Shown here: piece after piece, positions 18,595 to 27,793 of the stretch | Layout of the letters: the number at the start of each line of letters is the position of its first letter | Numbering within the stretch: the first letter of the stretch is position 1 | Source: a virus | Length of the DNA stretch: 64,000 nucleotides | Reading direction: 5' to 3' (one strand) | IMG/VR virus record: IMGVR_UViG_3300031541_000022 | Span: 41,155 to 105,154 of that record | Position numbers and translations under genes: made by a program | Notes under the pieces: generated by a model | Databases searched by the model: none | What the model was told of the DNA's origin: nothing | What the model saw: only the letters and a program-made list of their open reading frames with translations

Positions 18595-19337
18595 TGGCGT
18601 TCAAGTGTGAGTATTGTGGTAAGAGTTTTAGAGAAGAGCGTACACTGTCAAAGCACATGTGCCGTGACAAGAAACGCTGGCTGCAAAAGGACGAGCAGCA
18701 CGTAAAGCTAGGACTCTTTTTCTTTAACGAATGGTACCGCATTGCGATGGGCACCAACGGCAAGAAAGACTACAAGACGTTTATGAAGAGTCAGTATTAC
18801 GGTGCCTTTGTTCGCTTTGGTCTCTACATACTTGAGACCCGTGTGCTTGAGCCAGAGAAATATTTGAACTGGCTGATACGTGAGCAGAAGAAAGTTGACA
18901 TCTGGTGCAAAGATAGTGTATACAATGAGTATCTTGCTCAACAGAGCAAGAAGGAAACAGCAGAGCGGGCCCTAGAGCGCTTTGTCTTACATGCAGACAA
19001 GTGGTCACAACGTACAGGGCACCACTGGAGCGAGTATTGGCGTGTGGTAACACCATATGCTCTAGTAAATGATATCAAAATGGGCAAGGTGTCTCCTTGG
19101 GTGTTTTTGGGATATGACCCCGCTCGTGAAAGGCTGGACACATTGCCAGCAGAGCTACTAGGTGAGATTGCAGACACGATTGATCTTGCATTCTGGCAGA
19201 GAAAGATTCGGGCTAATAAGCCAACAGTTGAATGGATTGGAAGTATACTTAGGCAATATTGTTTACAGTTTAAAAAACTACAAGCCACGCAAGAGACAGA
19301 GTCAAGGCGCACCGTTGTACAGATGCAGCGCGAATGA
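18594..19337 (+). CDS. C2H2 zinc-finger protein
   Basis: FKCEYCGKSF.EERTL.KHMC. Confidence 0.7.
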   Translation: MAFKCEYCGKSFREERTLSKHMCRDKKRWLQKDEQHVKLGLFFFNEWYRIAMGTNGKKDYKTFMKSQYYGAFVRFGLYILETRVLEPEKYLNWLIREQKKVDIWCKDSVYNEYLAQQSKKETAERALERFVLHADKWSQRTGHHWSEYWRVVTPYALVNDIKMGKVSPWVFLGYDPARERLDTLPAELLGEIADTIDLAFWQRKIRANKPTVEWIGSILRQYCLQFKKLQATQETESRRTVVQMQRE

Positions 19338-19482
19338 TCAGCATCGTCTAACCTACAAAGCTGCAAAGGCTAGTGGTTGGATGTGTACCCATTGCGGCGC
19401 AGAGCTCAAAGAACGTAAAAACAAAATTCAAGAACTGCACCATTTGGCACAGCAATTGGGATATAAAGTAACAAAAAGGTAA
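19237..19482 (+). CDS. Small Zn-ribbon protein (start uncertain)
   Basis: YRC...CTHCG; overlaps the end of the upstream ORF. Confidence 0.4.
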   Translation: MEVYLGNIVYSLKNYKPRKRQSQGAPLYRCSANDQHRLTYKAAKASGWMCTHCGAELKERKNKIQELHHLAQQLGYKVTKR

Positions 19483-19486
19483 CGGC

Positions 19487-19819
19487 ATGAAAAAGATGTA
19501 CATTGCAGTATTGGACGAAGTGCCTGACTTTATGGTGCCTACTTTGGTTGCTCACAGTGTGATCAATGCCCATATTGAATTTGAGCGCGAGCCTGAGTAT
19601 GAAGATTGGCTGGACAATAGCTTTAAAAAGGTCACTGTCCGTGTTAACCGCAAAGAGTTTGCCAAGCTGCAAGACACCGCACTGCCGCTATGGCTAGGGC
19701 ACGAGAACACAACACTCAATGCAGAGAAAAGCTGCATCGTTGTATTTCCTGTAGAAGACGAACATCGGCCAAATGTGCTCAAGTTTGCTAAGATGTGGTC
19801 ACCAAAATGCCCGGACTGA
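19487..19819 (+). CDS. Peptidyl-tRNA hydrolase, Pth2-like
   Basis: KMYIAV.D...VAHS...W....FKKV.VRV pattern of phage Pth2 proteins. Confidence 0.6.
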   Translation: MKKMYIAVLDEVPDFMVPTLVAHSVINAHIEFEREPEYEDWLDNSFKKVTVRVNRKEFAKLQDTALPLWLGHENTTLNAEKSCIVVFPVEDEHRPNVLKFAKMWSPKCPD

Positions 19820-20010
19820 TTTACGATACCATTGGTGAAGTTGGTTATGATTATTCCCTTGTGTGTATTGACTCAATTGCTAATGATTCAGAGTTAATAG
19901 ACGAATTGGTTGAATGGTGTGATACAACTGAAGATGTAAAACGTTCTGGCCAATTGGTACATTTCTATTCTGGTGAAGCTGCCACTATGTTTAAGTTGAT
20001 ATTTGAATGA
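19807..20010 (+). CDS. Hypothetical protein
   Basis: Short ORF coupled to both neighbours. Confidence 0.55.
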   Translation: MPGLIYDTIGEVGYDYSLVCIDSIANDSELIDELVEWCDTTEDVKRSGQLVHFYSGEAATMFKLIFE

Positions 20011-20579
20011 AAACAGTAACTGATATTGATATTGACGTACCTAACCGAGACAAGGTACTCAAACTGATGCCGCATGTTGTGGCAAGCAACGGCGCAGTCA
20101 AGCACAACACCGGTGTTTACTTCCACGATGTTCCCGTAAATCCCATTACAGGACGTTGTAGTATTGACCACAAAGAAGCTGAAGACATGGGCTACTTCAA
20201 AATTGATGTGCTTAATGTCAGCATCTATAAAGACGTACGAGACGAAGCACATCTGACTGAATTACTGGAACGCGAGCCCGTTTGGGAATTGTTGCAAGCT
20301 GAAGAGTTTTGTGACATGCTTTTCCACATGCGCGGGCATCATGAGATATGTGAACAGATGCGCCCCAAAGATCTATTACAGCTAGCCGCAGTGTTGGCAA
20401 TGATACGCCCAGCTAAACGCCACCTTGTTGGTAAGAGCTGGAACTACGTGATGCAGCACGTATGGACAAAAACAGATGAGGGCTACGCTTTCAAGAAATC
20501 TCATTCCATCTCTTACGCCCTAGCAGTAAAACTTCATATGAATCTTTTAATAGAACAGATTGGTAAGGAAAGCGTGTGA
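20007..20579 (+). CDS. Miniature DNA polymerase III alpha (DnaE)-like protein
   Basis: DIDID, KHNTG, GYFKIDVL, MIRP and FKKSHSISYA motifs within 190 aa. Confidence 0.8.
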   Translation: MKTVTDIDIDVPNRDKVLKLMPHVVASNGAVKHNTGVYFHDVPVNPITGRCSIDHKEAEDMGYFKIDVLNVSIYKDVRDEAHLTELLEREPVWELLQAEEFCDMLFHMRGHHEICEQMRPKDLLQLAAVLAMIRPAKRHLVGKSWNYVMQHVWTKTDEGYAFKKSHSISYALAVKLHMNLLIEQIGKESV

Positions 20580-20586
20580 CTTTTTA

Positions 20587-20593
20587 ATAAATA
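20587..20593 (+). promoter_or_regulatory. T4-late-like promoter, leaderless
   Basis: ATAAATA-N5-ATG(20599). Confidence 0.6.
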
Positions 20594-20598
20594 GGTAT

Positions 20599-21240
20599 AT
20601 GGCAATACGATATCCAAGAAAATGCAAATATTGTGAATATACTGCAAATAATGCAGCTATGTATCATTATCATAAAAAAACACATGAACCAATTCCAAAA
20701 GATAAACTTTGTGATTATGGGTGCCGTCAGCCTGCCAAATATCAAGGAACGGGCGGCAAATATACTTGTGAGTCTATTGGTAATAAATGCCCTGCTTTCT
20801 GAAAAAGGCAATCAGATCGTGTCAAAGAACAATGGAGAAATGACGATGGCTCTCGTATTGAAGCAACTAAAAAGTTATTTGAAGAGTTGGTGGTATTTAA
20901 TGATGACGCCCGCATCAAAAACTTAAAGGCAACAGCTAGCCGAAGAATTATCAAAGCAGAAGATACACGTGATTACCGATCATATGCACGTAAATGTCGT
21001 AGAGTTGCACAACAATGGGCAAAAGACAATGGATATGAAATAGGAAAACAGACATATCATATTGATCATCGTCTAAGTCTAGCGGATGCATATAACGCTA
21101 ATCTTGACGTTAGTGTAGCAAGTCATCCTGCTAATTTAAGAATCATTCCGGCAAAAGAAAATTCTCGAAAGGGCGCAAAAAGTGAAATATCACTTGAGAA
21201 TTTATTAGAAGAAATCAAAAGATATGACACGGTATTATAA
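20599..21240 (+). pseudogene. HNH endonuclease interrupted by an in-frame TGA at 20800-20802
   Basis: Tracked ORFs 20560 and 20887 share a frame and are separated by one TGA; Zn-finger N-terminus; HIDHRLS...HPANL...EN..KG C-terminus. Confidence 0.75.
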
Positions 21241-21913
21241 GGACATGGTGGAGCAAGGCTTCACAGTATTTAGAGATCGAATAGACAACAAAATATTATA
21301 CGATTTGACTTATTACAAGTCTGGTTGGGACAAACCCAATCGCGGCCATGATCGTGATGGAAGTTATTACAGCCAAAATTATGAGAGCGTTGAGTGGGGC
21401 AATTATTGGACTGGCCCACTAGACGACCATATCAGGGTTGCAGACATACGAGCAACTACTGATCTCCTAGCCGCAGAACTCTTAGACAATCCTGTTTGCT
21501 ATCATGTTGATGTAAGCGTACTCACCCCAGTCTGTAGCTCAATAAGACCACATGTTGATACGCCACACCGTCATGAACCGTGGAATCAGGATTTGCGGCA
21601 GCTAGGTGTACAGATGGCAATTCCATTAAATGAAGTCGACCAGTCCAGCGGCACCACTGCATTTGTACCTGGCAGTCACCAAAGAAGTTGGGACATTAAG
21701 GACTGTTATCGCGGCAAATTTACTGAGCTATTCCTTAGAGAATGCCACCAGCCTGTTGTAAGCTATGGTGATGTCTTGGTTTGGGATTGCAGGGTATTGC
21801 ATTCACAGATGCCGAATGTGCGTAGCTCTAACCGCTATATGCTTCTATTAAACTACCTGAACGAAAAAATAGTACAGGAAGTAATGGAATACGAAGCTAG
21901 TCTGTCTTCCTAA
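21224..21913 (+). CDS. Fe(II)/2-oxoglutarate dioxygenase (PhyH-like)
   Basis: H-x-D (PHVDT), G.T.FVPGSH, distal H (VLHS..PN), R motif. Confidence 0.8.
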   Translation: MTRYYKDMVEQGFTVFRDRIDNKILYDLTYYKSGWDKPNRGHDRDGSYYSQNYESVEWGNYWTGPLDDHIRVADIRATTDLLAAELLDNPVCYHVDVSVLTPVCSSIRPHVDTPHRHEPWNQDLRQLGVQMAIPLNEVDQSSGTTAFVPGSHQRSWDIKDCYRGKFTELFLRECHQPVVSYGDVLVWDCRVLHSQMPNVRSSNRYMLLLNYLNEKIVQEVMEYEASLSS

Positions 21914-22277
21914 TTAGCTGAACGTTCTTTCGCTTTACACGCTTCTGCATAATGTCCTTGAGACATACGCTTGGTCCGTATTTGATCTCAAAGTCCTTGA
22001 TGTTAAATGTGCGCAAGCAATCCTTGAACGGATAAAAGCGTTTTCCCAAAATGATGTTGATTGGTATCATGCGGTTGGTTTCCCACCACCACTCAGCACC
22101 GTATTCCAAAAATGCACGTCGCAACTCAGGCGTTTTGATCTCGTCATAGACATACATACTGATCAGGTTTGAGTCCTGATTCTGTATGATGCCTAGATAC
22201 TCGTTCTTGCCATATACTGCAACCGTGAGGAATGGGAACTCTTCGAGCAATTCTTCTAGTTGTTTGTTTCCTGCCAT
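21897..22277 (-). CDS. Hypothetical protein, the only intact minus-strand gene recognised
   Basis: Clean ORF with its own TATAAATA-N5-ATG promoter. Confidence 0.75.
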   Translation of the reverse strand: MAGNKQLEELLEEFPFLTVAVYGKNEYLGIIQNQDSNLISMYVYDEIKTPELRRAFLEYGAEWWWETNRMIPINIILGKRFYPFKDCLRTFNIKDFEIKYGPSVCLKDIMQKRVKRKNVQLIRKTD

Positions 22278-22282
22278 GCACC

Positions 22283-22321
22283 TATTTATAACGCAAAACG
22301 CTTTGGTGATCTGACTAAATA
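22283..22321. promoter_or_regulatory. Back-to-back divergent late promoters, both leaderless
   Basis: Minus: TATAAATA 22290-22283, N5, ATG 22277. Plus: CTAAATA 22315-22321, N5, ATG 22327. Confidence 0.7.
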
Positions 22322-22326
22322 GTGAT

Positions 22327-22764
22327 ATGACAGTTTATGCTTATCATACACCAGTGGTTGCGAGTCCCGTTGACGATCGCCGCGCTGGCACATATCGAGT
22401 AGGTAGCGACAACCCAGACCCGATTCAGATTTCACGTGGCTGGGATAGCGTTCTCTATTTCGCGTTCCGCAACTATCAACAGCGACCATTTCTAACATTA
22501 GGTCGAACAATTACTGCCCGCATTTACAACCGTGACAATGTAGAGATTTGGAACGGCGGTTTGACCGCTGATCCTCTTGTAGCGGGTGCAGCAAGTTTGG
22601 TTATGACTAGCAGTGCTACCAGCGCAATTGAGGCTGGTTTCTACAGCCTGGTCATTGAATACGAAGATGACAGGGGCAGGACATTACAAGCACAAACTAC
22701 ACGTAGCCTGCCCCGCTTCGTAATTGAGGTTCTAGACCAAACCACAGTTGACATCGCGAAGTAA
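22327..22764 (+). CDS. Hypothetical beta-sandwich late protein
   Basis: Ig-like strand pattern (GFYSLVIEY). Confidence 0.65.
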   Translation: MTVYAYHTPVVASPVDDRRAGTYRVGSDNPDPIQISRGWDSVLYFAFRNYQQRPFLTLGRTITARIYNRDNVEIWNGGLTADPLVAGAASLVMTSSATSAIEAGFYSLVIEYEDDRGRTLQAQTTRSLPRFVIEVLDQTTVDIAK

Positions 22765-22776
22765 CTGTAATACACT
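22748..22776 (+). promoter_or_regulatory. Sigma70-like promoter, leaderless primase
   Basis: TTGACA-17-TACACT-7-ATG(22784), no SD. Confidence 0.7.
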
Positions 22777-22783
22777 GATAACA

Positions 22784-23800
22784 ATGCATTTTTTTGTTGA
22801 TTACGTTCGCAACCTGGCAACAGGCTGGCGCTCATCTAGCGGTGGATGGGTAACAGGCAATTGTCCTGCCTGCGTCCGTATGGGCGAGCCACGCCCTGAT
22901 ACCAAACGCAGGGGCGGTTTCCAATTTGGAGACGATGAGTGGGTGTACCATTGCTTTAACTGCAAACTCAAAACAGGCTGGGGCAAAGGGCACAAGATGA
23001 ATAGCGGTACCAAGCTACTGTTACGTGAGTTTGGTATTAACGATAGTGATTTGCAGCGCATACAGATTGAACTGATGCGCGAAGAAGAAACAGCACAGTT
23101 ACTCAATCCACTGCCTGAACCAACACCACCCTATCGCCCAGACTGGAAGGAAGTTGATTTGCCAGAAGGTGCTGAACTATTTGACGATATTGACTACACC
23201 AAAATCAATATGAACTTACAGACTGGCTTGGAGATGCTACACCGGCGTCAACTAACACACTGGGATGACTGGGCGTATACTAGCAAAGACTTCAAATACC
23301 GTAGGCGCATCTTGTTACCATATCGATACGATGATAAGATTGTAGGCTACACTGCCCGTTACATTGGTACCCCACCTGATGGCAAAACTCCCAAGTACCT
23401 AAACACCAAGCCGCCGCATTTTGTATTCAACCTTGATAGACAAAATTCAGACCGAACAGTAGTGGTTGTTACAGAAGGCGATTTCGACGCTATAAGTATC
23501 GATGGTGTTGCGTTGGGTAGCAACACGGTTAGTGACGAACAGGCAAGTTTGATTAACAGTTTGCGGCGTAAAACTGTGCTCTTGCCAGATGCTGACCATG
23601 CAGGTAACGAACTTATTGAGCCTGCGATTAAACATGGTTGGAGTGTCGCATTTCCTGAATGGATGGAATCATACAAAGATGCAAGTGAAGCAAGCTTACA
23701 TCTTGGACGTACCTTTGTATTGAAGTCAACATTGGCAATTGCAACTGATAATCCAACCAAAATTAGAGTATTGGCTAAGAAATATCTCAAAGGGGGGTAA
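22784..23800 (+). CDS. DNA primase (T4 gp61/DnaG-like)
   Basis: CPAC...YHCFNC zinc-binding domain, GYTAR, Toprim VTEGDFD and PDAD; start reassigned to 22784. Confidence 0.9.
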   Translation: MHFFVDYVRNLATGWRSSSGGWVTGNCPACVRMGEPRPDTKRRGGFQFGDDEWVYHCFNCKLKTGWGKGHKMNSGTKLLLREFGINDSDLQRIQIELMREEETAQLLNPLPEPTPPYRPDWKEVDLPEGAELFDDIDYTKINMNLQTGLEMLHRRQLTHWDDWAYTSKDFKYRRRILLPYRYDDKIVGYTARYIGTPPDGKTPKYLNTKPPHFVFNLDRQNSDRTVVVVTEGDFDAISIDGVALGSNTVSDEQASLINSLRRKTVLLPDADHAGNELIEPAIKHGWSVAFPEWMESYKDASEASLHLGRTFVLKSTLAIATDNPTKIRVLAKKYLKGG

Positions 23801-24111
23801 TGGCTAAATTGTTTCAAGCATGTGACACACAACATAATGTATGGATAAAGGATCCACGATGGACATGGTATGGCACACCAATTTGGCGAACAACCGCAAC
23901 CCTTATACTAATCAAAACTATTGAACCCGACCCATTTTCAACCAGATTTAACACAGGCAGTCTTACCAGTAAGGAACCGCCAATGGTACGATTATTACCA
24001 CACCACATATATCTGACAGATGAAGAATATGTTATGTGGAAACTGTCAGGCATAGAGTCCGGTGAATATGACATTGACAGATTACGACGAGATGGAACGA
24101 TTTACAATTAA
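23800..24111 (+). CDS. Hypothetical protein
   Basis: Translationally coupled between primase and helicase. Confidence 0.6.
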   Translation: MAKLFQACDTQHNVWIKDPRWTWYGTPIWRTTATLILIKTIEPDPFSTRFNTGSLTSKEPPMVRLLPHHIYLTDEEYVMWKLSGIESGEYDIDRLRRDGTIYN

Positions 24112-25487
24112 TGGCTGAAGAATATAACACAGAGTTGCAAAAGCTTTACTTGGAATTCCTAGTAAGCGATCACGAACTATTTGTTCGCTGCAACAGCATT
24201 TTAGACGAGGCATACTTTGACCGCGGAGTGCGTGACAGTGTGCAGTTTGTTCGTGAATATGCAGACGAATACGGTGCAATTCCAGAGATCAAACAAATCA
24301 AAGCAAAGACTGGTTTGGAGTTGCAAGACATTGGCAAAGCAGGAGAGGACCACCGCAAGTGGTTCCTTGACGACTTTGAACGCTTTTGTAGACACAAGGC
24401 GCTAGAACGCGCGATCCTTGATAGCACAGACAAGCTGGAGCGCAAGGAATACGGTGCAGTTGAAGATCTTATCAAGTCAGCAGTGCAAATTGGCCTAGCA
24501 AAAGAATTGGGTACAAACTACTGGGAAGATCCAGCAGCACGGTTACAGCGCATCATGGAAAAGAAAGGTGGTACAAGCACAGGCTGGACCACAGTTGACC
24601 ATTTCCTATACGGCGGCTTTAACCGTGGCGAGCTAAACATCTTTGCTGGTGGTAGTGGTGCTGGTAAAAGTCTGTTCCTACAGAACCTTGCACTCAATTG
24701 GGTTGAGAAGGGATACAACGTTGTCTATGTCAGCCTAGAACTCAGTGAAGACTTGTGTGGTATGCGTTTGGACAGTATGCTCACAGGCTACAACACCAAA
24801 CAGCTATTCAAGAACGTTGACGATGTTGCGCTCAAGATCTCTATGAAGGGCAAGAAGAGTGGTAGCTTGCAAATTGTACAATTGCCCAACGGTATTGACG
24901 TTAACGACCTCAAAGCATACATTAAAGAATACCAGATCCAAAACAACCTCACGGTTGACTGCATCCTGTTAGACTACTTGGATCTGATGATGCCAGCCAA
25001 GGCAAAGATCAGTGCAGACAACACGTTCCTTAAAGACAAGCACGTCAGTGAGGAACTGCGCAACTTTGCTATGGAAGGTGACTATCTATTTGCGACAGCA
25101 TCACAGCTAAACCGTGGCGCTGTTGACGAAGTAGAGTTTGACCACAGTCACATTGCAGGTGGCTTGAGCAAGATCCAAACTGCGGACAACGTTATCGGTA
25201 TCTTCTCTAGCCGTGCAATGCGTGAGCGTGGAAGGGTGCAGATCCAGTTTATGAAGACACGTTCAAGTTCTGGTGTAGGACAGAAAGTGGACTTGCACTT
25301 TGACATTGATAGCCTGCGTATTCGTGACCTTGAGGAGGACGAAGACGATGCTGAAACACATACCGCTAACGGACTCTACGAAAAGCTGAGTAAAAGCCCA
25401 ACTGACACTGCCGACAAAGTAGACAATGCTGAACGAGCTGTCAACAATGCTGACAAGCTCAAGGCCATACTGCGACGAAGCGAGTGA
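24111..25487 (+). CDS. Replicative DnaB-like helicase (T4 gp41-like)
   Basis: GGSGAGKS, VSLEL, LDYLD, ASQLNR, KTR. Confidence 0.92.
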   Translation: MAEEYNTELQKLYLEFLVSDHELFVRCNSILDEAYFDRGVRDSVQFVREYADEYGAIPEIKQIKAKTGLELQDIGKAGEDHRKWFLDDFERFCRHKALERAILDSTDKLERKEYGAVEDLIKSAVQIGLAKELGTNYWEDPAARLQRIMEKKGGTSTGWTTVDHFLYGGFNRGELNIFAGGSGAGKSLFLQNLALNWVEKGYNVVYVSLELSEDLCGMRLDSMLTGYNTKQLFKNVDDVALKISMKGKKSGSLQIVQLPNGIDVNDLKAYIKEYQIQNNLTVDCILLDYLDLMMPAKAKISADNTFLKDKHVSEELRNFAMEGDYLFATASQLNRGAVDEVEFDHSHIAGGLSKIQTADNVIGIFSSRAMRERGRVQIQFMKTRSSSGVGQKVDLHFDIDSLRIRDLEEDEDDAETHTANGLYEKLSKSPTDTADKVDNAERAVNNADKLKAILRRSE

Positions 25488-25490
25488 CGC

Positions 25491-25497
25491 ATAAATA
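25491..25497 (+). promoter_or_regulatory. T4-late-like promoter
   Basis: ATAAATA, followed by SD AAAGGA and ATG 25519. Confidence 0.6.
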
Positions 25498-25518
25498 ACA
25501 CTAGAAAAGGATCCTACA

Positions 25519-25791
25519 ATGGTGAAAAAGCGTACTCGCAGTATTCTTGAAGAAATCAGTCGTATCGATCTTCATAAAGATAAAGAGCATTTTATTGAGA
25601 GTAAGGCCAAAAACATTATTGCTGGCACCGAAAATCTACTCGAACTGATTAGCGAAACATATGATGAAGATACAGCCAATGACTTGACTAAGCGACTGCT
25701 TAATGCTATTCGCACCCAGGACCCTAAAAAGTTTGAGCGAGGCATAAGGAAAGTCAATGAAAGTCGAGGACATTCTAAGCGGGGGAAGTAA
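25519..25791 (+). CDS. Hypothetical late protein
   Basis: First gene after the late promoter. Confidence 0.7.
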   Translation: MVKKRTRSILEEISRIDLHKDKEHFIESKAKNIIAGTENLLELISETYDEDTANDLTKRLLNAIRTQDPKKFERGIRKVNESRGHSKRGK

Positions 25792-26677
25792 GCGTAGAAA
25801 CTGGCGTTATACCCGTGGTAAGCGCATTAAAGGTATCGAACTTACCAAGCCAATCAAGTTAAAAGCACTGGGTGAAGGCGGACACATGGAAGGTGTCGGC
25901 GTTATTCACATCAGTGAGATCAAGCCAACACTACAGCGCCTTGAGCGTGATATTGGCATGGACTTGCAAAACAATGTTCTTGGTAGCGTTGGCAAGAAAG
26001 AGTTCAGCGGCGACATTGACGTTGCTATCCACATTCCACCAGATAAATTTGAAGAGTTTAAGGCACTTGTCGAGAAGTCCCCAATTGTTGAGGACACAGT
26101 CAAGGGCCCGCTTGTGTTGATGAGCCGCGTACAGATTCAAAATTACAATCCAGATCTCAAGACAGAAAAAAAGCGCACAGGCTATGTGCAGGTTGACTAT
26201 ATGATGGATGAAGATCCTGATTGGCTTAAAACATTCTATCACGCACCAGGTGAAGATGAAAGTAAATACAAAGGTGCTCACCGTAACATTGCAATTGGTG
26301 CACTGAGCCAGTTTGTTGACCGTAAAGAGGGAAGCGAAAAGACTCCTGGCGGCCGCCCAGTCGAAGTAGAGCGTTACATGTATTCCAGCGCCAAGGGACT
26401 TGTGCGCGTATTGCGCAAGCTCAAGCCACGTAAAGACGGCAAAGGCTATACCAAAGCATGGACAAATGAAGTTATTGACGGTCCTTGGAAGCGCGGTGAT
26501 GAAATTGCAAAAGTTCTAAACCTAGGTAATGCAAAGGACCTCAATAGCTTTGAAACAATACAAGCAGCAATTGAAAAGAATCACCCCAACCTAATTGAGC
26601 CTTGGGCCAAAGCAATTGCAGCAGACAAGACAATCCAAGATTTGGGTATGCCAGACGAGATTAAAAAGTACCTATGA
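25757..26677 (+). CDS. Pol-beta-superfamily nucleotidyltransferase
   Basis: LGS....SGDIDV signature and a third Asp in VQVDYM. Confidence 0.8.
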   Translation: MKVEDILSGGSKRRNWRYTRGKRIKGIELTKPIKLKALGEGGHMEGVGVIHISEIKPTLQRLERDIGMDLQNNVLGSVGKKEFSGDIDVAIHIPPDKFEEFKALVEKSPIVEDTVKGPLVLMSRVQIQNYNPDLKTEKKRTGYVQVDYMMDEDPDWLKTFYHAPGEDESKYKGAHRNIAIGALSQFVDRKEGSEKTPGGRPVEVERYMYSSAKGLVRVLRKLKPRKDGKGYTKAWTNEVIDGPWKRGDEIAKVLNLGNAKDLNSFETIQAAIEKNHPNLIEPWAKAIAADKTIQDLGMPDEIKKYL

Positions 26678-27783
26678 GATTGAGACACCTACTTGAGAGC
26701 CGACTAGATGGCAAAAAGAAGATGGGCAGGGACCTTAATCACATTGAGGACCTCGTATTCTTCTATGGCACGGACGGTGCTCTCGAGGCAGTTGACATTC
26801 TCAAGGATCTTACAAACGACGACACACATGATATGAGCATTAAGTGGGACGGCAAGGTTGCACTGTTTTATGGACGTGACGAGAACGGTGTATTTGGTAT
26901 GGGCACAAAGGGCAACTGGCATAAAAATGCACCAGCTACGAGCCCAGGCGAAATGCACGATTGGATTATGAACAGTGGCAAGGGCGAAGACTTTCGTCCG
27001 CCAATGGCCAAGGATTTACAAACAATTTTCCCATACTTGGAGGAGAGTGTACCAGTCAGCTTTAACGGATATGTAATGGGTGACCTAATTTTCTCACCAA
27101 CACTAAGTCCAAAAACAACAACATGCGGTGGTATTCAATTCACACCTAACCAAGTCACTTATACAGTTGATCCCAAAAGTGATATTGGTCGAGCGGTCAA
27201 CCTCGCGGTTTGTGGCATTGCACTACATGTTCGTTTTGATGAATGGAACGGTAAAAACAGTGCAACAGTTAGCAGTGACACAGTTCAACAACTACGAACT
27301 GATGATGTTCTAACCCTAGGACAGACATATGCACCAAACGCACCGCGCATGGACGACACTGCTCTACGACAGCTAGCAGCACTTGCACGTAAACACGGAC
27401 CACTAGTTGACGCAGTTATTGAACGCCGTTCAGGATTGAGTGACGTAAGCAATATCCTTTACACTGCAATGAACCAAACTATTCGTGGCGGTGGCGACAG
27501 CATGGATACGGAGAAGTTTTTCAAATGGCTCGAGACCAGCAAAGTCAGTGCCAACAAGCAAACTAAACTTCGCGCAATGCACGAGGAAAAACCGCGCGCC
27601 TTCCCTGCGCTCTTCGAACTATACAATGCCGTAACAGCAGCAAAAACAGATATTATTGATCAGTTGGATGATGGAGAGATTGATATTAAATCCACTACAA
27701 AGGGGGAACGTGGTGGTGAGGGCTATGTGAGCCTAAAACACAAAGTAAAGTTTGTGCCAAGAACCAAATGGCGACTAACTTAG
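26674..27783 (+). CDS. RNA-ligase-like covalent nucleotidyltransferase
   Basis: Motif I KWDG, motif III-like MGDLIF, motif IV EGYV, motif V KVK; ends without an OB domain. Confidence 0.65.
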   Translation: MRLRHLLESRLDGKKKMGRDLNHIEDLVFFYGTDGALEAVDILKDLTNDDTHDMSIKWDGKVALFYGRDENGVFGMGTKGNWHKNAPATSPGEMHDWIMNSGKGEDFRPPMAKDLQTIFPYLEESVPVSFNGYVMGDLIFSPTLSPKTTTCGGIQFTPNQVTYTVDPKSDIGRAVNLAVCGIALHVRFDEWNGKNSATVSSDTVQQLRTDDVLTLGQTYAPNAPRMDDTALRQLAALARKHGPLVDAVIERRSGLSDVSNILYTAMNQTIRGGGDSMDTEKFFKWLETSKVSANKQTKLRAMHEEKPRAFPALFELYNAVTAAKTDIIDQLDDGEIDIKSTTKGERGGEGYVSLKHKVKFVPRTKWRLT

Positions 27784-27793
27784 GAGATGATAG

